A DNA stretch of 64,000 bases, from the NCBI GenBank assembly GCA_964016885.1, contig OZ024740.1, forward strand, positions 26,970,001 to 27,034,000, written 5' to 3'. Position 1 is the first letter of the stretch. Each line of letters opens with the position of its first letter. Source of the DNA: Eledone cirrhosa. Lineage: Eukaryota. The notes beneath the pieces were generated by a model. That model did no database searches. It was given only the letters and a program-made list of their open reading frames with translations, and was not told where the DNA came from. This document shows, in pieces, positions 28,267 through 40,949 of this stretch. Position numbers and translations under genes: made by a program.

Positions 28267-29442
28267 TTTCTTTATTAGCCACAGGGGCACAAATGAAGGG
28301 GACAAATACAAAGGGGGAAGTTTACATACAATAAAAACGTGTAAAATATTATCACAAATGCAATTTAAAAATTAGTTGATTTTCCCCAATAGGGGGAGAC
28401 ATTACACATACCACCGAAAAAAAATGTGCAACCCTCATCTCCAGGAGTACAAGAGTTTGTACTCCTTTCCTCTCCTCCTCTTTTTCCCCAACCTACAGGC
28501 TGATATAGAGAGAAGGTCCATTCACTCGGACTATCTCGCCACTTTCACCCACCTTTCATAAAACTTGCTGGGGTACAGCACCTCTCTCCATCCTGATTCT
28601 TCTTCCAAAGTGGTATTTGAAAAAAAGAATCAGTTGTTGGCCGGAGAGAAAGGTGTCTGACTTCAGCCCTTTCAACCTTGTCCACCATACAACCTCTTTC
28701 GCCATAACTATCACACAAAGGAAAACCGCCCCTCCTTCGTTTTTGAAGGAGCGTGGCGGTTTGATCATGACAATCGACTCGGTGGTCAACCGGATTGGTC
28801 CCACCCGCGACAATAGTCGTTCTACATAGCCCCACAGGTCGGTGATGCCCGGGCAGTGTATGAATGCGTGTGCGACGGTTTCTTCGTCTCGCACGCACCT
28901 CGGACAGATCGTTTTTGCAGGGTCCCTTCCCGTGCGCCCATGTCTGTAGAGATTGTCTCGAACTGGTAGAGCTCCTCGGTAGCACTGCCAGGCCAGGGAC
29001 TTTTGGAAGTTGTCCATCGGTCCCGGGCGGAAGATCCTACCGAACAGACTGGCCAGTTCGTTTTCCTCTATGCCTAGAGTTCCACCGAGCGCGTCGTCGC
29101 ACTTGCTGCGGATCAACTCTCTATAGAATGACGAAGTGGAGTCTCCACTGATCGCCGAGTCCGCCTGCCAGATGTCTGTGAGCGCCTGAGCACATTCGAT
29201 GTGCCAGTCGCCCATTTTCCTCGGTCTTTGCTTGACCCAGGACTGCAGCTCGGTCAGCGAGACGAGTCGTGGGAAGGCTCGCCTTACGAACGGGCCCATA
29301 CCGGTTGTCCGGTGAGGAATACGTAGAGATGCCGCAGCCTGAGCGCGTGTTTGAGCATCGTCAGCCACGGCCACCCCATCCCTCCGTTAGAAGGGTGTTG
29401 GCAGCAGATGGATCTTCTCACCAAAGGAGCCCGCCTCTTCCA
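28267..29442 (-). mobile_element. 5'-truncated Tx1 LINE copy
   Basis: ORF 28556-29374 closely similar to 2518-3468; same 3' end. Confidence 0.9.
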
Positions 29443-29451
29443 ATAGATAGA

Positions 29452-30390
29452 TTTCTTTATTAGCCACAAGGGCGCAACAAGAAAGGGGACAATACAAAGA
29501 CATGCCGGGGATTTTACACACAGTCGTGTAAAAAATATAAAAACAAACAATTACAACAATCGAAATCCCCAATAGGGAGGAAGCGCCGCAAATGGGTTGT
29601 TTAATACCCCGTCGATAGAACAACCCTCAACTCCAGGACCGTGTTGTGCAAGTGCCCCTTTCTTCCTTTTGCGTTCTTCTTCAACCTACAGGCTTATAAA
29701 CAGAGAAGGCCCAATCACTCGGGCCATTTCCGCTTTATTCACCCACCTTTCAGTAAATTTACTGGGGTGCGGTGCCTCTCTCTCCACTCTGATTCTCCTT
29801 CTAAAGTGATACTTAAAGAAGGGAATCAATTGTTGTCCGGAGAGAAAGGCATCTGTACTCAGTCCTCTCAATCTCGTCCACCATATAACTTCTTTCACCA
29901 TAGCCACTGTACAGAGAAAACCGCCTCTCTTTCGTTTGTGAAAGAGGCTGGGGTTTGATCCTTACTATGGACTCGGCAATCAACTGGATTTGTCCCATAT
30001 GCGACAGCCGTTGTTCTTCATAGTTCGACAGGTCGCTTACGCCCGGGCAGTGTACAATTGCGTGCAAGACGGTATCAATGTCCTGCTCGCATCTTGGACA
30101 CGTCTTCTTGGAAGGATCCCTGCCGGGGCGTCCGGACCTGTAGATCTTGTCTCGAACAAGTAGAGCTCCTCGGTAGCACTGCCCGGCCAGGGACCTCTGG
30201 AAGTTGTCCATAGGTCCCGGGCGGAAGGTCCTACCGAACAGACTGGTGAGCTCGTCGTCTTCGACGCCCAGGGTCTCCCCGAGAACGTCGTCGCACTTAT
30301 AAAGTACTAACCCTCTATAGAATGTCGAATTGGAGTCTCCACTGATTGCTGTGCCCGCTTGACAGAGGACTGTGAGCGCCTGGGTGCATT
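29452..30390 (-). mobile_element. 5'-truncated Tx1 LINE copy, tandem to the previous one
   Basis: ORFs 29686-29907 and 29813-30211 (CPRCEQDIDTVLHAIVHC); separated from the previous copy only by ATAGATAGA. Confidence 0.9.
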
Positions 30391-30479
30391 GAATTTATAT
30401 ATATATATATATATATATATTGCATAGATAGATAGATAGATAGTAGATAGTTATATATATATATATATATATATATACG

Positions 30480-30762
30480 ATATTTTTTCACTGCCAATTC
30501 AACTTTTCAAATACAAGTCGATGTTGTACGGTATGTCAAATCTATTTATCTATAAAACTGTTTATATTGTATTTTGTCTGAGGAAGGCATAGCATATTGT
30601 TAATATGATATCCCTGAAATATATATAATGAAATAAATATGGTTTTATAAATATAGTTTCCATTTATTTAATATCGTAAATATACTCCAAATACTTGTCG
30701 AGTGCTTTTATATCAGTTATTAATATTTACTAGTTGTAACCCAACAATTTAAATATAACTTT

Positions 30763-30765
<3 letters not shown>
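30480..30765 (+). mobile_element. Solo PLE pLTR-like segment with a degenerate hammerhead (30574-30630)
   Basis: CTGAGGA-AGGCATAGCATATT GTT AATATGATATCCCT-GAAA-TATATA, then AATAAA; flanked by (AT)n. Confidence 0.5.
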
Positions 30766-30860
<95 letters not shown>

Positions 30861-30887
30861 GTGTATGTGTGTATATAGATAGATACA

Positions 30888-31122
30888 TTTCTTTATTAGC
30901 GACAAGGGCACAAAAGAAGGGGACAAATACAAATGGGGAGTTTACATACAGGTATATGAAAATAAAACTATTAATAAAATAACAAATAACAAATGAAATC
31001 CCCAATATGGGGTAGGCGTTACACAGGGGTTGGACACACCCCGAAAAAATGTACAATCCTCATCTCCAGGAGCACCGAGAGTGAGTACTCCCTTCCTCTC
31101 TTCCTCTTTTTCCTCAACCTAC
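30888..31122 (-). mobile_element. Tx1 3' UTR fragment
   Basis: Matches 28267-28497; GATA repeats on both sides. Confidence 0.85.
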
Positions 31123-31502
31123 AGATAGATAGATAGAAGGCAGACAGGTAAGTTGGCAGGTAGGAAGGTAGGTAGCATTAGAAAAAGCGATGTATTTTAT
31201 CCTACTTGCAGGCAAATAGAGCATCAGTTAATTACAATAAAATGTGGGTGGGTAGAAGGCTACATGATAGGTAGGTTGCTAGGTATGTAGGTTGGCAGGT
31301 AGGTAATTAAAATGGAAGACAGGTAAGTAAGGTAGTCAAGTAGTATAGTAGATTGATCGGTCGATTGATTGACAGATGCAAACATACATACCTGGAGGGA
31401 TGCACACACACATAAACACACGCACTCACAAATGTCTATGTATATATGTATACATACACTCGCACACACACACACACACATATATGTATGTATATATATA
31501 TG

Positions 31503-31616
<114 letters not shown>

Positions 31617-31639
31617 TGTGTGTGTGTGCGACGATATGA

Positions 31640-31670
<31 letters not shown>

Positions 31671-32167
31671 AATACATATATATATATATATATAAATATA
31701 TATATGTAAATATATATATAGATATATATACATATTGTTGGGGGGGGGGCGTATATGTGGATTGTTTAAATGCATACAACAGCGTGTGTGTGTGTGCGCC
31801 TGTGTCTGTGTATGTGTGAGTGTGCGCGCGTGTGTGTGTGTCTGTGTGTGTCTGTGTCTGTGTGTGTCTATGCGTGTCTGTGTGTGTCTGTGAATGTATA
31901 AATATATATGGAGTGAACTTGAAGCAAATCATTGCAACACTCTTTAAAATGACTCACTCGTACAACTGATGTGTTTACATATACACACATATATACACCT
32001 GTAAGAATACAGGTTTGTGTGTGCATGTGCATGTATATCTGCATGTATGATTAGAGTGTTTGTTTACGTGCGTAATAATAGGAAAGCTTTGCAACACAAT
32101 TGACCTACAATTACAGCGTACAAATCTCTGCTGTGATTTATGTATGTGCGTGTATATATACATACAT

Positions 32168-32218
<51 letters not shown>

Positions 32219-33049
32219 TGTGTCTGTGTGATTATATAAACATTCCATTCCTACTCCAACACAACTAACCACCCATCCATTTCTCTCTCGCACCCTCTTT
32301 CACTCTCTCCATCCTTCTCACTCCACTTCTCTCCTCTTCCCACCGCTCATCTCTCTGTCTCTCTCTGTCTCTAAATCCTTCAGAATTAGGGAACTCTCAC
32401 TGACAAAGTACCTTCTAAAGCGTCTGCTTGTTGATTGTTTGTTGTTCTCTATTTCTGGGTTAGTGGTTAGGTATTCTGTCAGTGTTGCCTTGATTAATCC
32501 AGCGTTTCACTTTGAGAAATTTTCTCTATTAAACTTCCGGTTTCGTAAGTGCAGACAAAATCGATCGAACTTCCGGCAGAATAGAGCGAATTAATGAAAG
32601 GATCAAATGTTGAAAGAGAGAGAGAGAGCGAGCGAGAGAAAGAGATAAAGATAAAGAGAGAAAGATAGTGAGAGAGAGAGAATATGTGAGCGAGATTGCG
32701 TGAATGATTGAGAGATTACCATTGTTATGACTTACAGATACATGTACACTCTCACACATGCACACATACAAACTTACACACATGCATATATACATACATA
32801 TATACATACATATATAAACAAAGCATTTCACTTATTCATTCATAAAGCATTGATAATATATGAAATAAGTAATGTGTGCCTCCCAACACAAGTGACCATA
32901 ATAATAATCACTGATTATAAATAATAGTTCAAACATTGAATACAGTTCCTCTGGAGCCGTATGTAACGGTACTGTAACAATCCTCTCAATGTTATTATAG
33001 TCATTAACTCTTATTCCCTTCATTTACATGCAGAAACAATATTTAAGAT

Positions 33050-33635
33050 AATTGTTTCTGCTTTTGGCACAAGGCCAGCAATTAATGCAGTACATTACTG
33101 GTACTTTATTTTATCGATCCCGTAAGGATGAAAGGCAAAGTTAACCTTGGCGAGATTTGAACTCAGAATGGACCATATTTAAGATAATACGCACACATAA
33201 ACATACACACAAACCCACTCACACACACACACACACACACACATACACACAACGCACTCATACACACACATACAAACGCATCAACCACAGGTTCATATTT
33301 AGACCTTGGGGGCCCGGGCAAAGCAAACTCCCAATTTTCATATCAAAGTTAGCTGGATGCAAGTAATCGGAATTGAAATGTTATACATACAGGAATTAAA
33401 TTCAAAATCTCTAACCTTCCTAAAACTAAAAAGCCCAGCTGAGGGCACAAATAAATTGCTACAGCCATCACTAATAGGACTCCACACTCCCGGAGGTTCA
33501 GGAAATTTGCTCTCTTTCGACTCCGTAAGGATGAAAGGTAAAGTTAACCTCGGCGGCATTTGAACTCAGACCATAATGGGCCGTAACTCTTTGCTGCAAA
33601 GCATGGCGTCCGACCCTCTACCGATACTGCCAATT
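33050..33635 (-). mobile_element. Two SINE fragments (33050-33170, 33520-33635) around a hAT-like MITE fragment
   Basis: CGTAAGGATGAAAGG.AAAGTTAACCT..TTTGAACTCAG core. Confidence 0.75.
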
Positions 33636-33822
33636 TCTAGACAAAAATACACGTGAAATCATGACTGTCTGTTGTATTAGAAAATCAATAATGGCGTCAC
33701 TGGGGCTAACTATGATAGAGATGATGATGATGATGATGATGGATGAGGATCTTCATAAAATGTAATGTATAAATTAAGTTGCCTGCAGAGTTGGGAGACG
33801 GTAGAAAAGAATCTAACAATAT

Positions 33823-34169
33823 AAAAGTATCGGTTTAAAAGTGCATAGGCTGACCAAGATAGTCCCATGGAATGGCCAAATGAAGTTTATTTTTCAACAT
33901 TGTCATTGTCCCTAGAAAGAAACAATGCAGTTATTAATAAGAAGAGTAGAAATTAATGCATGCAAAATTTCACAGCCCTAGCATCACTCCTTCATAGGCT
34001 GACCAAGATACTCTTATGGAATGACCAAATTAGTTTTATTTTTCAACATAGTTCACGCAAAGTGTTAATGCAGTTATTAATCAGAAGCGTTGAAATTAAT
34101 GCATGCGAGATTTCACTGCTCTAGCATCAGTTCTTCATATCAGCCACTAAACTGTTCAGCCTACCCTCG
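33823..34169. mobile_element. Second copy of the mariner MITE
   Basis: Homologous to 20289-20633 including the internal duplication; right end CCCTCG|TA. Confidence 0.8.
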
Positions 34170-34489
34170 TAAATGTCATATGTCCTATGGACAAGTACAT
34201 TTAAAGTAATTCTAATGGAGAAGCAACGTGACTATTACATCACAAATCTGTTTCCTCACAAATTCATCAAATGGCACTCATAATTTTCGAATCAATCTGA
34301 TGTTATGTTAAAGACAATTGACAAAATGGTAACGCTCCAAGACTGGTGGTGAAATTCAGGGAATTTTAAATTGCCTGCCATAAAATTATTATCCTAATAA
34401 ACATAGCGGGATGTAAAAAATAATTCTACACACACACAAGTAAACGTATTTAAGACTATTCAACAGAATTCGTAATATAATCGGCTTGT

Positions 34490-34562
34490 CTCCCCACAGC
34501 CCCGGTGGACAGAATAGAGAGCGTTTCCACGGAGGACGGCAAGGAAGACGCGTTGAAAACGA
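34490..34562 (-). mobile_element. CRE-like LINE 3' fragment
   Basis: Reverse strand encodes FQRVFLAVLRGNALYS. Confidence 0.6.
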
Positions 34563-35089
34563 AATTCACATCTGCACAGTCATGCTGGATCCAAAGATTT
34601 ACATACATATTGATGACCAGCAGATAAAGACAGAATCATCAAGTTTTTAATAAATTTCGAATGTTGTTTAACTCCCATTCCCCTGGCGAACAGGCCAAGG
34701 AAAACCCTCTGCGAAATCTTTGTATAATATATATACGAGATTACAAGATTAAACGTAGATATTTTTAAATATTTAAAGAATATATTTTTACTGCTTTATT
34801 TGGAGTGATGTTTAACTCCCATTTAGCTGGCCAACAGGGCAAGGAGAACTCTTCTGTGAAACCTTTGTATTAATATATATACAGAATTACAAGATCGAGC
34901 ATACATATTTTTAAATATTTAAATCCATAGAGTAAATATGTGAAGATTTAGCTCCTGCGTCTAGCATATTGAAAGGCCTTGAAGATGCGACCTTCTTCAT
35001 AATTTCACTGCTCTTCATTTACAAAAGGACCTTATAGATGCATGCAATCATTCTTGGACACATTGCACATACAAACACTCAAACACACA

Positions 35090-35154
<65 letters not shown>

Positions 35155-35311
35155 CTATAACGATTTGTGCCCAACAACTAAGCATAAGCGCTTTCGATCC
35201 ATTCATTCTTCTCTCCTAACGTATTTACTGAATAACAAATGTACTGACCATAGAAAGTATTATCTTATGCATCCTCCCCCTCTCTCTCTTGCTCTCTCTC
35301 GCTCTCTCTTT

Positions 35312-35378
<67 letters not shown>

Positions 35379-35499
35379 TATATGTAGATAAATCTAACAA
35401 AATATACGGTAGTGTCCAATCCGTATGAAGAACTTAATGTAATCCAAATATCATGAAAAGAGAAGATGCATTCACAAATTTTCAGTGAAAATCATAGGA

Positions 35500-36915
35500 A
35501 AACAGAGTCAAGATAAATTAATAAAAACAATGAAATAAAAACAAAGAAGAAGTTCCTTATATTAAAAAGTTCATCATTTACGATCGTTTCTAGGATGTAT
35601 ATGTGTGTTGGTATGTATATCATATAGATCTATGTAAAAATATTACAAATTATCAGAGGAAATATACATACCTTCACATATACATGCTGTCTTCAGAAAA
35701 GATGAGATTTGTTTATTGAAAAAACCCAACAAAGATTTAACATAAAAGGTCTGTTTGGGAACAGGTTTTGAATTGACCAATAGAAAAGTAGTTAGAGGTC
35801 AAGTTGATGGAATAGTGGTAGTAGAAATTTAATTTAGGGGTAGAGGAGTGCAGACTTATGTTTTGAATGAAAATAATACTTTGAATGAAAAGAATACTTT
35901 GGGGATGAAAAGAGGTCAAGCCAGTGAAGGGTACACGAAAATTTGATGTTATTAAAGAATAATGTTAAAAACGAAGGAAAATAAAATTTTAGGGTAAGGT
36001 TTTTAGTGAGAAATACCAATCTTATTTAAACCATAAGGAATCTAGATCTATAAAAAGAAATTAAATTAATTGATAGGTATACTTATAGGGATAAATTTAT
36101 ATTAATTCATATGAATGTGATAAATAAGAATTAGATGTTATTAAAGAGTGTTGTTAAAAACGAAAGCAAGTAAAATTTGGGGATAAGGGTAGTAGTGAAA
36201 AATACTAATCTTATATAAACTACTAGATTCATAACAGGAAATTAAATTAATTTATAGGTATACTTTTAGGTATTAATTTTAGGAAAAGAGAGCTGTAAGA
36301 GGGAAATAAAATTATGAAGTTCTCTGTAGTAAAGTACTAATTATAGGTTAACTAAATTAAAAAACTAATTATAATAATATGTAAAATATAAATGTAAGGT
36401 GTATATGAATTAGGTTTATAATATTTGAAGGGTCTTCTAATTCTATGATTGCAAGATATAATTAATTCCTGTCGCTTATTTAATAGGATATCCTTAGATT
36501 TCATGATTTAAAAAAGTTCCTGGGAGCATAACCTACACTCGTATCTGTTATTTTGATATGGGGTTGACTTTTTGAGCACACTGCAGGTCAGGTTGTAATC
36601 GATATTCTTGTTTCTATAATTATTAATTGTTTCAGCCAAGGATGTTGTATTAGCTAATGCGGCATTTTTAAAACTATGTTTGTGGGTATTACATCTTATT
36701 TTAAATAGGTTAGATGTGGATCCTATATATGAATAAGTGGAGTCCTTAGTGCTAATTTTACATTCATAGAATATGTTATTGATAAGACAATTTCCCTTTA
36801 ATGGGCAATTTCTTTTGATTCTACAGTTACAACCATTCGTGAATATTATATCAGGGGAGTTAGTCAAATTTGGTGTGGGGTTTACTCGACTTCTTATATA
36901 AATATGTAGATTGTC

Positions 36916-36918
<3 letters not shown>
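35500..36918 (-). mobile_element. Penelope-like element 3' part (GIY-YIG + long AT-rich 3' UTR + hammerhead)
   Basis: [43 protein letters not shown] (36508-36900); ~160-bp duplication 35940-36100/36128-36280. Confidence 0.85.
35571..35705 (-). ncRNA. Type I hammerhead ribozyme with extended stem II
   Basis: TCATCTTTT-CTGAAGA-[ATGTATATGTG/CACATATACAT and GGTATGTATAT/ATATACATACC helices]-GAAA-CGATCG-TA-AATGATGA. Confidence 0.8.
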
Positions 36919-36992
<74 letters not shown>

Positions 36993-37216
36993 ATATGTAG
37001 ATTGCCATATATATATATATATATATATACATGATATGTAGATTGCCATGTTGTGCCGTAGGGTGATCACAGTTAACAACAGATTCTTAATATATTGGTA
37101 GAGTATTTGCATCTTTGTTATACATAGAAATTACTTCTACTGGAATAAAACTGTTTCATTCGTCTGAAATCATAAGGAATGTCAAATAAAATTGGTCAGT
37201 TCTTGTTATTTGCATA

Positions 37217-37309
<93 letters not shown>

Positions 37310-37575
37310 GAAAATGTTTGACCCCGACGTCAGAGCTCAAGCCTGTCGACGGCTATTTCTGAACTAAAAATTTAAAAAAATAAAAATACCCGTCGGAACG
37401 GCTCTGCCGTCGGGGTCCAACATTTTCCTATAACCCACTCTACTACACTAAGTATTGAGTAGTCTGGTGCGTTATGGTCCATCTGGTTCCTTACCTCAGT
37501 AGTGGAGTGGGTAATAAGGAAATGTTTAATCCCGGCGGCAGGGCTCAAGACGTTCCGACGGCTATTTCTGGATAT
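37310..37575. mobile_element. GCCGTCGAAACGGC family locus made of three alternately oriented segments
   Basis: Forward 37310-37370, reverse 37390-37497, forward 37498-37572; (AT)n on both sides. Confidence 0.8.
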
Positions 37576-37576
37576 A

Positions 37577-37670
<94 letters not shown>

Positions 37671-37826
37671 ATAACAAAAATATCGTTATAGGTAATCCAG
37701 TTAGAGGTTATGAATACTTATTATTATGGATAGTTTTAGCGTACGGTGTTGTTTGACTCAACAAGAGGTTTACGTAATTTGCGTAGTTTGAATTCATAAA
37801 AATACTGAACGTATAACAGTTATTCA

Positions 37827-37930
37827 TCTCTGATGATCTGGTTATGCTAACAACGTATTTAAAATTGAGTGGCACTGCTTCTAGCGTTCAGCAATTTTTA
37901 GACAACTTAATCAGTGAAAAAATTGTCAGA
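37827..37930 (+). ncRNA. Hammerhead motif with long stem II in a solo pLTR-like segment (37670-37980)
   Basis: TCT-CTGATGA-T-CTGGTTA..TAATCAG-T-GAAA-AAATTG-TC-AGA, followed by AATAAA. Confidence 0.6.
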
Positions 37931-38175
37931 CTGTAAATAAAACCCTATTTTGTACTGTTGACCATGTTATTCTTCACTTTTTCAATTTTATATATATAAA
38001 TATGGATATATGCATATATATAAATTCATATATATAATGAGGGCGATGAATTTGTTTTGCGAGGCCTTTGATATGAAATCGTGTGTCGAAACAGATATTG
38101 TTATACTTGGGGAGCGTCATATTGTTATAATAATATTGCCAGAAATGATAACGGAACACACTCACTGTTTGGTTG

Positions 38176-38265
<90 letters not shown>

Positions 38266-38515
38266 CATATATATACAGACATATACGCGTGTATGTGTAA
38301 CGATATTTGCGTTTAGAAAACAGGTAAACAGCAGAGCTCTTGAGCAAATTGTATTCTCTTTCTGCTTCTCAATACCCACCTTCCCCGAATCCCCCCTCCT
38401 CTCTCTCTATATATACCTGTCTCTCTCCCTACATCTGTTTGCATTACTATTTCTCTTACCAGTCCGTTAAGTCGATCCACTTCAATGTAGAAATATGATG
38501 AATCATTATTTATAA

Positions 38516-38557
<42 letters not shown>

Positions 38558-38607
38558 AAAAGTACATATACATATATATATATATATATATCTATATTGT
38601 ATGTATG

Positions 38608-38643
<36 letters not shown>

Positions 38644-39143
38644 CATACATACAATATACATATATATATATATATATATATGTTCATATATAGACACACA
38701 TATATATATATACAATATATATATATGTATATATATATATCTATACATATATATATACATATATATATATACATACAATATATATACTATATATATATAT
38801 ATATATATATTTGTTTGACTAAACGAGTACCTCTTGACCTAAATCCTTCCCTTTCCACTCAACAGCGTTAAACCGGAATGAAGTAACAACAATAAAACAT
38901 AACAAGTAGATAAATAGAGAGAGAAAGAAAGAAAGAAAGAAAGAAAGAAAGGAAGGAAGAAAGAGAAAGAAGGAAAGAAGGAAAGAACACTACAACAGGT
39001 TATTTCTTACTTGGCTCTGACAACGTGTTGAGGTTTTAGCATTTACCGTCTTCCATAATCGATAGTTATTTCACGTAATGGATTGTTTAACAGCTAAATA
39101 ACTTTTCGATATTACTGGTTGGTTTATTGAGGGTTTATGTTGG

Positions 39144-39185
<42 letters not shown>

Positions 39186-39231
39186 AAATAAAATAAATAA
39201 GTCAAATGTTTAAAATTAGGCTTTGTTTATT

Positions 39232-39286
39232 ACTGCTATATGTATTTCGGTGACAGACATCTTTGGCTGTGACCTCATCAGGCAGT
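39232..39286 (-). ncRNA. Type I hammerhead ribozyme in a solo pLTR (39195-39410)
   Basis: ACTGC-CTGATGA-GGTCACAGC..TCTGTCACC-GAAA-TACATA-TA-GCAGT; paralog at 57725. Confidence 0.85.
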
Positions 39287-39408
39287 CCGAATTAGTGTGG
39301 TACACATGTTGTTGAGGTGTATAACTTTGTCAATACTCCGATATGCCCAGTTCCTTGTTGGGTTGTTATTTCACTGAAGTGTTGTTATACAACCAACATA
39401 TACTCAAA

Positions 39409-39447
<39 letters not shown>

Positions 39448-39451
<4 letters not shown>

Positions 39452-40166
39452 AACCAGTAAGACCCCGACGGCTGAGCTCAAGCCGTTTCGACGGCTAATT
39501 CTGGACTAAAATTTTAGTCCAGAATTAGCCGTCGAAACGGCTTGAGCTCAGCCGTCGGGGTCTTACTGGTTCCTATTACCCACTCTACTAACCTAAGTAT
39601 TGAGTACTTTGGTGCGTTATAGTCCACCTGGTTCCTTACCACATTTCCTTCGTTATCTAGCTCCTATTCCCGTAGTAGAGCACTTTCCGACACTACCACG
39701 CCGTATCCAGACTTTTCCGCTAAGCTCAATTTCTTTCACCCGCACCATGCGAAAACACAACATCGACTTTTTAGTCCAGAATTAGCCGTCGAAACGGCTT
39801 AAGCTCAGCCGTCGGAGTCTTACTGGTTCCTATTACCCACTCTACTACCCTAAGTATTGAGTACTTTGGTGCGTTATGGTCCACCTGATTCCTTACCACA
39901 TTTCCTTCGTTATCTAGCTCCTATTCCCGTAGTCGAGCACTTTCCGACACTACCACGCCTTATCCAGACTTTTCTGCTAAGCTCAATTTCTTTCACCCGC
40001 ACCATGCGAAAACACAACATCGACTTTTTAGTCCAGAATTAGCCGTCGAAACGGCTTAAGCTCAGCCGTCGGGGTCTTACTGGTTCCTATTACCCACTCT
40101 ACTACCCTAAGTATTGAGTACTTTGGTGCGTTATGGTCCACCTGGTTCCTTACCACATTTCCTTCG

Positions 40167-40168
<2 letters not shown>
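39448..40168. repeat. 257-bp tandem repeat (2.5 units) headed by a perfect ~63-bp inverted arm
   Basis: TTAGTCCAGAATTAGCC at 39514, 39771, 40028; 39448-39510 is the reverse complement of the first unit start. Confidence 0.95.
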
Positions 40169-40200
<32 letters not shown>

Positions 40201-40209
<9 letters not shown>

Positions 40210-40583
40210 TAAACGGAATAGAAAATGCTGACAAATTGTTCACAGTGAAAAATAGTTTAATTAGGAATAAATGAGAATTAGTAATTGTATTGGTTAGTAA
40301 TCAGTTTTGGTTTTAAGTTTTAACGGTTGCGCATTTCTAAATGCTTTTCAAAAATAATTTTGAGATAGAGCGTCCGTGATGTTTGCTCTGATCCAGAGCA
40401 AACATCACGGACGCTCTATCTCAAAATTATTTTTGAAAAGCATTTAGAAATGCGCAACCGTTAAAACTTAAAACCAAAACTGATTACTAACCAATACAAT
40501 TACTAATTCTCATTTATTCCTAATTAAACTATTTTTCACTGTGAACAATTTGTCAGCATTTTCTATTCCGTTTACCAATATAT
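40201..40583. repeat. Apparently perfect palindrome, ~190-bp arms, 3-nt loop
   Basis: Centre GTTTGCTCTG-ATC-CAGAGCAAAC at 40381-40403. Confidence 0.95.
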
Positions 40584-40613
40584 AATAACTTGTGTGTTAC
40601 ACCTCTATTCTTT

Positions 40614-40657
<44 letters not shown>

Positions 40658-40661
<4 letters not shown>

Positions 40662-40805
40662 AAAATGTTCAAGACCTCGACGGCAGAGCTTAAGCCGTTT
40701 CGACGGCTATTTCTGGACTAAATTTATTTACCCACTCTACTACCCTAAGTATTGAGTACTCTGGTGCGTTATAGTCCACCTGGTTCCTTACCACACGTCC
40801 TTCGT

Positions 40806-40808
<3 letters not shown>
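40658..40808. mobile_element. GCCGTCGAAACGGC family locus with two opposed segments
   Basis: TAGGAA..CTGGACTAAA followed by TATTACCCACTC..CTTCGTTAT. Confidence 0.8.
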
Positions 40809-40848
<40 letters not shown>

Positions 40849-40949
40849 GTATATTGTTATACTTTGGGAGGGTCATGTTGCCAATAAGAAACACACGCAC
40901 CAGTTGTTTCACTTCAATTTATTATATATTTATAAATTTATAAATTTAT

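Noticed and set aside
37115-37205. CTGACCA..GAAAC on the minus strand as another hammerhead
   Set aside because: Core mismatch at G8 and poor stem I; at best a decayed relic.
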